Of a DNA stretch of 64,000 bases, positions 36,701 to 49,103 are shown one piece after another. The position numbers were made by a program, and so were the translations under genes. Numbering within the stretch: position 1 is the first letter of the stretch; the number at the start of each line of letters is the position of its first letter. Below the pieces are notes generated by a model, which saw only the letters and a program-made list of their open reading frames with translations, did not search any database and was not told the DNA's origin. This DNA is from Eledone cirrhosa (lineage: Eukaryota), in contig OZ024740.1 in the NCBI GenBank assembly GCA_964016885.1, positions 290,346,001-290,410,000 on the forward strand, written 5' to 3'.

Positions 36701-39700
36701 TGTTATTGGAGTTGTTGATGTTGTCATTGATATTGCTGTTACTACACTTGTTCTTATCCTTGCTTCTGCTGTTGGTGTTGTTGATGTTGTCATTGATATT
36801 GCTGTTATTACTGATGTTATTACTCTTGCTTCTGATGTTGGAGTTCTTGATGTTGTCATTGATATTGCTGTCATTGCTGTTGTTGTTACTCCTCCTTCTG
36901 TTGTTGGAGTTGTTGATGTTGTCATTGATATTGCTGTTATTACTGTTGTTGTTACTCTTGCTTCTGTTGTTAGAGTTGTTGATGTTGTCATTGATATTGC
37001 TGTTACTACACTTGTTCTTATCCTTGCGTCTGCTGTTGGTGTTGTTGATGTTGTCATTGATATTGCCATTATTACTGTTGTTGTTACTCTTGCTTCTTTT
37101 GTTGGAGTTGTTGATGTTGTCATTGATATTGCTGATATTACTGTTGTTGTTACTCTTGCTTCTGTTGTTGGAGTTGTTGATGTTGTCATTGATATTGCTG
37201 ATATTACTGTTGTTGTTACTCTTGCTTCTGATGTTGGAGATTTTGATGTTGTCATTGATATTGCTGTTATTACTGTTACTGTTACTCTTACTTCTGCTGT
37301 TGGAGTTGTTGATGTTGTCATTGATATTGCTGTTATTACTGTTGTTGTTACTCTTGCTTCTGTTGTTGGAGTTGTTGATGTTGTCATTGATATTGCTGAT
37401 ATTACTGTTGTTGTTACTCTTGCTTCTGTTGTTGGATTTGTTGATGTTGTCATTGATATTGCTGATATTACTGTTGTTGTTACTCTTGCTTCTGTTGATG
37501 GAGTTGTTGATGTTGTCATTGATATTGTTGTTATTACTGTTGTTGTTACTCTTGCTTCTGTTGATGGAGTTGTTGATGTTGTCATTGATATTGCTGTTAT
37601 TACTGTTGTTGTTACTCTTGCTTCTGTTGTTGGAGTTGTTGATGTTGTCATTGATATTGCTGATATTACTGTTGTTGTTACTCTTGCTTCTGTTGTTGGA
37701 GTTGTTGATGTTGTCATTGATATTGCTGTTATTACTGTTGTTGTTACTCTTGCTTCTGTTGTTGGATTTGTTGATGTTGTCATTGATATTGCTGATATTA
37801 CTGTTGTTGTTACTCTTGCTTCTGTTGATGGAGTTGTTGATGTTGTCATTGATATTGTTGTTATTACTGTTGTTGTTACTCTTGCTTCTGTTGATGGAGT
37901 TGTTGATGTTGTCATTGATATTGCTGTTATTACTGTTGTTGTTACTCTTGCTTCTGTTGTTGGAGTTGTTGATGTTGTCATTGATATTGCTGTTATTACT
38001 GTTGTTGTTACTCTTGCTTCTGTTGTTGGATTTGTTGATGTTGTCATTGATATTGCTGATATTACTGTTGTTGTTACTCTTGCTTCTGTTGTTGGAGTTG
38101 TTGATGTTGTCATTGATATTGCTGTTATTACTGTTGTTGTTACTCTTGCTTCTGTTGGTGGAGTTGTTGATGTTGTCATTGATATTGCTGTTATTACTGT
38201 TGTTGTTACTCTTGCTTCTGTTGGTGGAGTTGTTGATGTTGTCATTAATATTGCTGTTATTACTGTTATTGTTACTCTTGCTTCTGTTGGTGGAGTTGTT
38301 GATGTTGTCATTGATATTGCTGTTATTACTGTTATTGTTACTCTTGCTTCTGTTGTTGGAGTTGTTGATGTTGTCATTGATATTGCTGTTATTACTGTTA
38401 TTGTTACTCTTGCTTCTGTTGGTGGAGTTGTTGATGTTGTCATTGATATTGTTGTTATTACTGATGTTATTACTCTTGCTTCTTTTGTTGGAGTTGTTGA
38501 TGTTGTCATTGATATTGCTGATATTACTGTTGTTGTTACTCTTGCTTCTGTTGTTGGAGTTGTTGATGTTGTCATTGATATTGCTGATATTACTGTTGTT
38601 GTTACACTTGCTTCTGTTGTTGGAGTTGTTGATGTTGTCATTGATATTGCTGTTATTACTGATGTTATTACTCTTGCTTCTGTTGTTGGAGTTGTTGATG
38701 TTGTCATTGATATTGCTGTTATTACTGTTGTTGTTACTCTTGCTTCTGTTGTTGGAGTTGTTGATGTTGTCATTGATATTGCTGTTATTACTGATGTTAT
38801 TACTCTTGCTTCTGTTGTTGGAGTTGTTGATGATGTCATTGATATTGCTGTTATTACTGTTGTTGTTACTCTTACTTCTGTTGTTGGAGTTGTTGATGTT
38901 GTCATTGATATTGTTGTTATTACCGTTGTTATTACTCTTGCTTCTGTTGTTGGAGTTGTTGATGTTGTCATTGATATTGCTGTTATTACTGATGTTATTA
39001 CTCTTGCTTCTGTTGTTGGAGTTGTTGATGTTGTCATTGATATTGCTGTTATTACTGATGTTATTAGTCTTGCTTCTGTTGTTGGAGTTGTTGATGTTGT
39101 CATTGATATTGCTGTTATTACTGTTGTTGTTACTCTTACTTCTGCTGTTGGTGTTGTTGATGTTGTCATTGATATTGTTGTTATTACCGTTGTTATTACT
39201 CTTGCTTCTGATGTTGGAGTTGTTGATGTTGTCATTGATATTGCTGTTATTACTGTTGTTCTTACCCTTGATTCTGTTTTTGGAGTTGTTGATGTTGTCA
39301 TTGATATTGCTGTTATTACTGATGTTATTACTCTTGCTTCTGTTGTTGGAGTTGTTGATGTTGTCATTGATATTGCTGTTATTACTGATGTTATTACTCT
39401 TGCTTCTGTTGTTGGAGTTGTTGATGTTGTCATTGATATTGCTGTTATTACTGATATTATTACTCTTGCTTCTGATGTTGGAGTTCTTGATGTTGTCATT
39501 GATATTGCTGTCATTGCTGTTGTTGTTACTCCTCCTTCTGTTGTTGGAGTTGTTGATGTTGTCATTGATATTGCTGTTATTACTGTTGTTGTTACTCTTG
39601 CTTCTGTTGTTAGAGTTGTTGATGTTGTCATTGATATTGATGATACTACACTTGTTCTTATCCTTGCTTCTGCTGTTGGTGTTGTTGATGTTGTCATTGA

Positions 39701-41630
39701 TATTGCTGTTATTTCTGATGTTATTACTCTTGCTTCTGATGTTGGTGTTCTTGATGTTGTCATTGATATTGCTGTTATTACTGATGTTATTAGTCTTGCT
39801 TCTGCTGTTGGTGTTGTTGATGTTGTCATTGATATTGCTGTTATTACTGATGTTATTACTCTTGCTTCTGATGTTGGAGTTGTTGATGTTGTCATTGATA
39901 TTGTTGTTATTACTGTTGTTGTTACTCTTGCTTCTGTTGTTGGAGTTGTTGATGTTGTCATTGATATTGCTGATATTACTGTTGTTGTTACTCTTGCTTC
40001 TGTTGTTGGAGTTGTTGATGTTGTCATTGATATTGCTGATATTACTGTTGTTGTTACTCTTGCTTCTGATGTTGGAGTTGTTGATGTTGTCATTGATATT
40101 GTTGTTATTACTGTTGTTGTTACTCTTGCTTCTGCTGTTGGTGTTGTTGATGTTGTCATTGATATTGCTGTTATTACTGATGTTATTACTCTTGCTTCTG
40201 ATGTTGGAGTTCTTGATGTTGTCATTGATATTGCTGTCATTGCTGTTGTTGTTACTCTTACTTCTGTTTTTGGAGTTGTTGATGTTGTCATTGATATTGC
40301 TGTTATTACTGCTGTTGTTACTCTTGCTTCTGTTGTTGGAGTTGTTGATGTTGTCATTGATATTGCTGTTATTACTGTTGTTGTTACACTTGCTTCTGTT
40401 GTTGGAGTTGTTGATGTTGTCATTGATATTGCTGTTATTACTGTTGTTGTTACTCTTGCTTCTGTTGTTGGAGTTGTTGATGTTGTCATTGATATTGCTG
40501 TTATTACTGTTGTTGTTACTTTTGCTTCTGTTGTTGGAGTTGTTGATGTTGTCAGTGATATTGCTGTTATTACTGTTATTGTTACTCTTGCTTCTGTTGT
40601 TGGAGTTGTTGATGTTGTCATTGATATTGCTGTTATTACTGTTGTTGTTACTCTTGCTTCTGTTGGTGGAGTTGTTGATGTTGTCATTGATATTGCAGTT
40701 ATTACTGTTGTTCTTACTATTGCTTCTGTTGTTGGAGTTATTGATGTTGTCATTGATATTGCTGTTATTAATGTTGTTCTCACTCTTGCTTCTGTTGTTG
40801 GAGTTGTTAATTTTGTCATTGATATTGCTGTTATTGCTGTTGTTGTTATTCTTGCTTCTGTTGTTGGAGTTGTTAATGTTGTCATTGATATTGCTGTTAT
40901 TACTGTTGTTGTTACTCTTGCTTCTGTTGTTGGAGTTGTTGATGTTGTCATTGATATTGCTGTTATTACTGTTGTTGTTACTCTTGCTTCTGTTGGTGGA
41001 GTTGTTGATGTTTTCATTGATATTGCTGATATTACTGTTGTTGATACTTTTGCTTCTGTTGTTGGAGTTGTTGATGTTGTCAGTGATATTGCTGTTATTA
41101 CTGTTATTGTTACTCTTGCTTCTGTTGTTGTAGTTGTTGATGTTGTCATTGATATTGCTGTTATTACTGTTGTTGTTACTCTTGCTTCTGTTGGTGGAGT
41201 TGTTGATGTTGTCGTTGATATTGCAGTTATTACTGTTGTTCTTACTATTGCTTCTGTTGTTGGAGTTATTGATGTTGTTATTGATATTGCTGTTATTAAT
41301 GTTGTTCTCACTCTTGCTTCTGTTGTTGGAGTTGTTAATGTTGTCATTGATATTGCTGTTATTGCTGTTGTTATTCTTGCTTCTGTTGTTGGAGTTGTTG
41401 ATGTTGTCATTGATATTGCTGTTATTACTGTTGTTGTTACTCTTGCTTCTGTTGGTGGAGTTGTTGATGTTGTCATTGATATTGCTGTTATTACTGTTGT
41501 TGTTACTCTTGCTTCTGTTGGTGGAGTTGTTGATGTCGTCATTGATATTGCTGTTATTACTGTTGTTGTTACTCTTGCTTTTGTTGTTGGAGTTGTTGAT
41601 GTTGTCATTGATATTGCTGTTATTGCTGTG
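30710..41630 (-). CDS. Second long open block of the same mucin-like frame; coding status unproven
   Basis: About 10.9 kb open in the Thr frame, bounded by a 1-bp deletion near 41,629 and an in-unit TGA at 30,710. Confidence 0.2.
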
Positions 41631-44600
41631 TTGTTACTCTTGCTTCTGTTGGTGGAGTTGTTGATGTCATTGATATTGCTGATATTACTGTTGTTGTTAC
41701 TCTTGCTTCTGTTGGTGGAGTTGTTGATGTTGTCATTGATATTGCTGTTATTACTGTTGTTGTTACTCTTCCTTCTGTTGTTGGAGTTGTTGATGTTGTC
41801 ATTGATATTGCTGTTATTACTGTTGTTGTTACTCTTCCTTCTGTTGTTGGAGTTGTTGATGTTGTCATTGATATTGCTGTTATTGCTGTTGTTCTTACTC
41901 TTGCTTCTGTTGTTGGAGTTGTTGATGTTGTCATTGATATTGCTGTTATTACTGTTATTGTTACTCTTCCTTCTGTTGTTGGAGTTGTTGATGTTGTCAT
42001 TGATATTGCTGTTATTACTGTTGTTGTTACTCTTCCTTCTGTTGTTGGAGTTGTTGATGTTGTCATTGATATTGCTGTTATTACTGTTGTTGTTACTCTT
42101 CCTTCTGTTGTTGGAGTTGTTGATGTTGTCATTGATATTATTGTTATTGCTGTTGTTCTTACTCTTGCTTCTGTTGTTGGAGTTGTTGATGTTGTCATTG
42201 ATATTGCTGTTATTACTTTTGTTGTTACACTTCCTTCTGTTGTTGGAGTTGTTGATGTTGTCATTGATATTGCTGTTATTACTGTTGTTGTTACTCTTCC
42301 TTCTTTTGTTGGAGTTGTTGATGTTGTCATTGATATTGCTGTTATTACTGTTGTTGTTACTCTTCCTTCTGTTGTTGGAGTTGTTGATGTTGTCATTGAT
42401 ATTATTGTTATTGCTGTTGTTCTTACTCTTGCTTCTGTTGTTGGAGTTGTTGATGTTGTCATTGATATTGCTGTTATTACTTTTGTTGTTACACTTCCTT
42501 CTGTTGTTGGAGTTGTTGATGTTGTCATTGATATTGCTGTTATTACTGTTGTTGTTACTCTTCCTTCTGTTGTTGGAGTTGTTGATGTTGTCATTGATAT
42601 TGCTGTTATTACTGTTGTTGTTACTCTTCCTTCTGTTGTTGGAGTTGTTGATGTTGTCATTGATATTATTGTTATTGCTGTTGTTCTTACTCTTGCTTCT
42701 GTTGTTGGAGTTGTTGATGTTGTCATTGATATTGCTGTTATTACTTTTGTTGTTACACATCCTTCTGTTGTTGGAGTTGTTGATGTTGTCATTGATATTG
42801 CTGTTATTACTGTTGTTGTTACTCTTCCTTCTGTTGTTGGAGTTGTTGATGTTGTCATTGATATTGCTGTTATTACTGTTGTTGTTACTCTTCCTTCTGT
42901 TGTTGGAGTTGTTGATGTTGTCATTGATATTGCTGTTATTGCTGTTGTTCTTACTCTTGCTTCTGTTGTTGGAGTTGTTGATGTTGTCATTGATATTGCT
43001 GTTATTACTGTTGTTGTTACTCTTGCTTCTGTTGTTGGAGTTGTTGATGTTGTCATTGATATTGCTGTTATTATAGTTGTTGTTACTATTGCTTCTGTTG
43101 TTGGAGTTGTTGATGTAGTCATTGATATTGCTCTTATTGCTGTTGTTGTTACTCTTGCTTCTGTTGTTGGAGTTGTTGATGTTGTCATTGATATTGCTGT
43201 TATTGCTGTTGTTGTTACTTTTGCTTCTGTTTTGGAGTTGTTGATGATGTCATTGATATTGTTGTTATTAATGTTGTTGTTACTCTTGCTTCTGTTTTTG
43301 GAGATGTTGATGTTGTCATTGATATTGCTGTTATTACTGTTGTTGTTACTATTGCTTCTGTTGTTGGAGTTGTTGATGTTGTAATTGATATTGCTGTTAT
43401 TACTGTTGTTGTTACTCTCTATTCTGTTGTTGGAGTTGTTGATGTTGTAATTGATATTGATGTTATTACTGTTGTTGTCACTCTGCTTCTGTTGGTGGAG
43501 TTGTTGATGTTGTCATTGATATTGCAGTTATTACTGTAGATCTTCATCTTGCTTCTGTTGTTTGAGTTGTTGATGTTGTCATTGATATTGCTGTTATTAC
43601 TGTTGTTATTACTTCTGATTGTGTTGTTGGAGTTGTTGATGTTGTCATTGATATTGATGTTATTACTGTTGTTGTTACTCTTGCTTCTGCTGTTGGAGTT
43701 GTTGATGTTGTCATTGATATTGCTGTTATTACTGTTATTGTTACTCTTGCTTCTGCTGTTGGAGTTGTTCATGTTGTCATTGATATTGCTGTTATTACTG
43801 TTGTTGTTACACTTGCTTCTGTTGTTGGTGTTGTTGATGTTGTCATTGATATTGCTGTTATTAATGTTGTTGTTATCCTTCCTTCTGTTGACGGAGTTGT
43901 TGATGTTGTTATTGATATTGCTATTATTAATGTTGTTGTTATCCTTCCTTCTGTTGTTGGTGTTGTTGTTGATGTCATTGATATTGCTGTTATTACTATT
44001 GTTCTTACTCTTGCTTCTGTTGTTGGAGTTGTTGATGTTGTCAATGATATTGCTGTTATTACTGTTGTTGTTAATCTTGCTTCTGTTGTTGGTGTTGTTG
44101 ATGTTGTCATTGATATTGCTGTTATTACTGTTGTTCTTACCCTTGCTTCTGTTTTTGGAGTTGTTGATGTTGTCATTGATATTCCTGTTATTACAGTTGT
44201 TGTTACACTTGCTTCTGTTGTTGGTGTTGTTGATTTTGTCATTGATATTGCTGTTATTACTGTTGTTGTTACTCTTGCTTCTGTTTTTGGAGATGTTGAT
44301 GTTGTCATTGATATTGCTGTTATTACACTTGTTGTTACACTTGCTTCTGTTGTTGGTGTTGTTGATGTTGTCATTGATATTGTTGTTATTAATGTTGTTG
44401 TTACTCTTGCTTCTGTTTTTGGAGATGTTGATGTTGTCATTGATATTGCTGTTATTACTGTTGCTGTTACTACTGCTTCTGTTGTTGGAGTTGTTGATGT
44501 TGTAATTGATATTGCTGTTATTACTGTTGTTGTTACTCTCTATTCTGTTGTTGGAGTTGTTGATGTTGTAATTGATATTGATGTTATTACTGTTGTTGTC

Positions 44601-47600
44601 ACTCTGCTTCTGTTGGTGGAGTTGTTGATGTTGTCATTGATATTGCTGTTATTACTGTTGTTCTTACTCCTGCTTCTGTTGTTGGTGTTGTTGATGTTGT
44701 CATTGATATTGCTGTTATTACAGTTGTTCTCACTCTTGCTTCTGTTGTTGGAGTTGTTGATGTTGTCATTGATATTGCTGTTATTACTGTTGTTGTTACT
44801 CTTGCTTCTGTTCTTGGAGTTGTTGATGTTGTCATTGATATTGCTGTTATTACTGTTGTTCTTACCCTTGCTTCTGTTGTTGGAGTTGTTGATGTTGTCA
44901 TTGATATTGCTGTTTTTGCTGTTGTTCTCACTCTTGCTTCTGTTGTTGATGTTGTTGATGTTGTCATTGATATTGCTGTTATTACTGTTGTTCTCACTAT
45001 TGCTTCTGTTGTTGCAGTTGTTGATGTTGTCATTGATATTGCTGTTACTACTCTTGTTCTTATCCTTGCTTCTGCTGTTGGAGTTGTTGATGTGGTCATT
45101 GATATTGCTGTTATTACTGTTGTTCTCACTCTTGATTCTGTTGTTGGTGTTGTTGATGTTGTCATTGGTATTGCTGTTATTACTGTTGTTGTTACTCTTG
45201 CTTCTGTTGTTGGAGATTTTGATGTTGTCATTGATATTGCCATTATTACTGTTGTTGTTACTCTTGCTTCTGTTGTTGGTGTTGTTGATGTTGTCATTGA
45301 TATTGCTGTTATTACTGTTGTTCTTACTCTTGCTTCTGCTGTTGGAGTTGTTGATGTTGTCATTGATATTGCTGTTATTACTGTTGTTCTTACTCTTGCT
45401 TCTGCTGTTGGAGTTGTTGATGTTGTCATTGATATTGCTGTTATTACTGTTGTTCTTACTCTTGCTTCTGCTGTTGGAGTTGTTGATGTTGTCATTGATA
45501 TTGTTGTTATTACTGTTGTTGTTACTCTTGCTTCTGTTGTTGGTGTTGTTGATGTTGTCATTGATATTGCTGATATTACTGTTGTTGTTACTCTTGCTTC
45601 TTTTGTTGGAGTTGTTGATGTTGTCATTGATATTGCTGTTATTACTGTTGTTGTTACTCTTGCTTCTGTTGTTGGAGTTGTTGATGTCGTCATTGATATT
45701 GCTGTTATTACTGTTGTTGTTACTCTTGCTTTTGTTGTTGGAGTTGTTGATGTTGTCATTGATATTGCTGTTATTGCTGTGTTGTTACTCTTGCTTCTGT
45801 TGGTGGAGTTGTTGATGTCATTGATATTGCTGATATTACTGTTGTTGTTACTCTTGCTTCTGTTGGTGGAGTTGTTGATGTTGTCATTGATATTGCTGTT
45901 ATTACTGTTGTTGTTACTCTTCCTTCTGTTGTTGGAGTTGTTGATGTTGTCATTGATATTGCTGTTATTACTGTTGTTGTTACTCTTGCTTCTGTTGTTG
46001 GAGATTTTGATGTTGTCATTGATATTGCCATTATTACTGTTGTTGTTACTCTTGCTTCTGTTGTTGGTGTTGTTGATGTTGTCATTGATATTGCTGTTAT
46101 TACTGTTGTTCTTACTCTTGCTTCTGCTGTTGGAGTTGTTGATGTTGTCATTGATATTGCTGTTATTACTGTTGTTCTTACTCTTGCTTCTGCTGTTGGA
46201 GTTGTTGATGTTGTCATTGATATTGCTGTTATTACTGTTGCTCTTACTCTTGCTTCTGATGTTGGAGTTGTTGATGTTGTCATTGATATTGTTGTTATTA
46301 CTGTTGTTGTTACTCTTGCTTCTGTTGTTGGTGTTGTTGATGTTGTCATTGATATTGCTGATATTACTGTTGTTGTTACTCTTGCTTCTGTTGTTGGAGT
46401 TGTTGATGTTGTCATTGATATTGCTGATATTACTGTTGTTGTTACTCTTGCTTCTTTTGTTGGAGTTGTTGATGTTGTCATTGATATTGCTGTTATTACT
46501 GTTGTTGTTACTCTTGCTTCTGTTGTTGGAGTTGTTGATGTCGTCATTGATATTGCTGTTATTACTGTTGTTGTTACTCTTGCTTTTGTTGTTGGAGTTG
46601 TTGATGTTGTCATTGATATTGCTGTTATTGCTGTGTTGTTACTCTTGCTTCTGTTGGTGGAGTTGTTGATGTCATTGATATTGCTGATATTACTGTTGTT
46701 GTTACTCTTGCTTCTGTTGCTGGAGTTGTTGATGTTGTCATTGATATTGCTGTTATTACTGTTGTTGTTACTCTTCCTTCTGTTGTTGGAGATGTTGATG
46801 TTGTCATTGATATTGCTGTTATTACTGTTGTTGTTACTCTTCCTTCTGTTGTTGGAGTTGTTGATGTTGTCATTGATATTGCTGTTATTGCTGTTGTTCT
46901 TACTCTTGCTTCTGTTGTTGGAGTTGTTGATGTTGTCATTGATATTGCTGTTATTACTGTTATTGTTACTCTTCCTTCTGTTGTTGGATTTGTTGATGTT
47001 GTCATTGATATTGCTGTTATTACTGTTGTTGTTACTCTTCCTTCTGTTGTTGGAGTTGTTGATGTTGTCATTGATATTGCTGTTATTACTGTTGTTGTTA
47101 CTCTTCCTTCTGTTGTTGGAGTTGTTGATGTTGTCATTGATATTATTGTTATTGCTGTTGTTCTTACTCTTGCTTCTGTTGTTGGAGTTGTTGATGTTGT
47201 CATTGATATTGCTGTTATTACTTTTGTTGTTACACTTCCTTCTGTTGTTGGAGTTGTTGATGTTGTCATTGATATTGCTGTTATTACTGTTGTTGTTACT
47301 CTTCCTTCTTTTGTTGGAGTTGTTGATGTTGTCATTGATATTGCTGTTATTACTGTTGTTGTTACTCTTCCTTCTGTTGTTGGAGTTGTTGATGTTGTCA
47401 TTGATATTATTGTTATTGCTGTTGTTCTTACTCTTGCTTCTGTTGTTGGAGTTGTTGATGTTGTCATTGATATTGCTGTTATTACTGTTGTTGTTACTCT
47501 TCCTTCTGTTGTTGGAGTTGTTGATGTTGTCATTGATATTGCTGTTATTACTGTTGTTGTTACTCTTCCTTCTGTTGTTGGAGTTGTTGATGTTGTCATT

Positions 47601-49103
47601 GATATTATTGTTATTGCTGTTGTTGTTACTCTTCCTTCTGTTGTTGGAGTTGTTGATGTTGTCATTGATATTGCTGTTATTACTGTTGTTGTTACTCTTC
47701 CTTCTGTTGTTGGAGTTGTTGATGTTGTCATTGATATTGCTGTTATTACTGTTGTTGTTACTCTTCCTTCTGTTGTTGGAGTTGTTGATGTTGTCATTGA
47801 TATTATTGTTATTGCTGTTGTTCTTACTCTTGCTTCTGTTGTTGGAGTTGTTGATGTTGTCATTGATATTGCTGTTATTACTTTTGTTGTTACACATCCT
47901 TCTGTTGTTGTAGTTGTTGATGTTGTCATTGATATTGCTGTTATTACTGTTGTTGTTACTCTTCCTTCTGTTGTTGGAGTTGTTGATGTTGTCATTGATA
48001 TTGCTGTTATTACTGTTGTTGTTACTCTTCCTTCTGTTGTTGGAGTTGTTGATGTTGTCATTGATATTATTGTTATTGCTGTTCTTCTTACTCTTCCTTC
48101 TGTTGTTGGAGTTGTTGATGTTGTCATTGATATTGCTGTTATTACTGTTGTTGTTACTCTTCCTTCTGTTGTTGGAGTTGTTGATGTTGTCATTGATAGT
48201 GCTGTTATTACTGTTGTTGTTACTCTTCCTTCTGTTGTTGGAGTTGTTGATGTTGTCATTGATATTGCTGTTATTGCTGTTGTTCTTACTCTTGCTTCTG
48301 TTGTTGGAGTTGTTGATGTTGTCATTGATATTGCTGTTATTACTGTTGTTGTTACTCTTGCTTCTGTTGTTGGAGTTGTTGATGTTGTCATTGATATTGC
48401 TGTTATTATAGTTGTTGTTACTATTGCTTCTGTTGTTGGAGTTGTTGATGTAGTCATTGATATTGCTCTTATTGCTGTTGTTGTTACTCTTGCTTCTCTT
48501 GTTGGAGTTGTTGATGTTGTCATTGATATTGCTGTTATTGCTGTTGTTGTTACTTTTGCTTCTGTTTTGGAGTTGTTGATGATGTCATTGATATTGTTGT
48601 TATTAATGTTGTTGTTACTCTTGCTTCTGTTTTTGGAGATGTTGATGTTGTCATTGATATTGCTGTTATTACTGTTGTTGTTACCATTGCTTCTGTTGTT
48701 GGAGTTGTTGATGTTGTAATTGATATTGCTGTTATTACTGTTGTTGTTACTCTCTATTCTGTTGTTGGAGTTGTTGATGTTGTAATTGATATTGATGTTA
48801 TTACTGTTGTTGTCACTCTGCTTCTGTTGGTGGAGTTGTTGATGTTGTCATTGATATTGCAGTTATTACTGTAGATCTTCATCTTGCTTCTGTTGTTTGA
48901 GTTGTTGATGTTGTCATTGATATTGCTGTTATTACTGTTGTTATTACTTCTGATTGTGTTGTTGGAGTTGTTGCTGTTGTCATTGATATTGATGTTATTA
49001 CTGTTGTTGTTACTCTTGCTTCTGCTGTTGGAGTTGTTGATGTTGTCATTGATATTGCTGTTATTACTGTTATTGTTACTCTTGCTTCTGCTGTTGGAGT
49101 TGT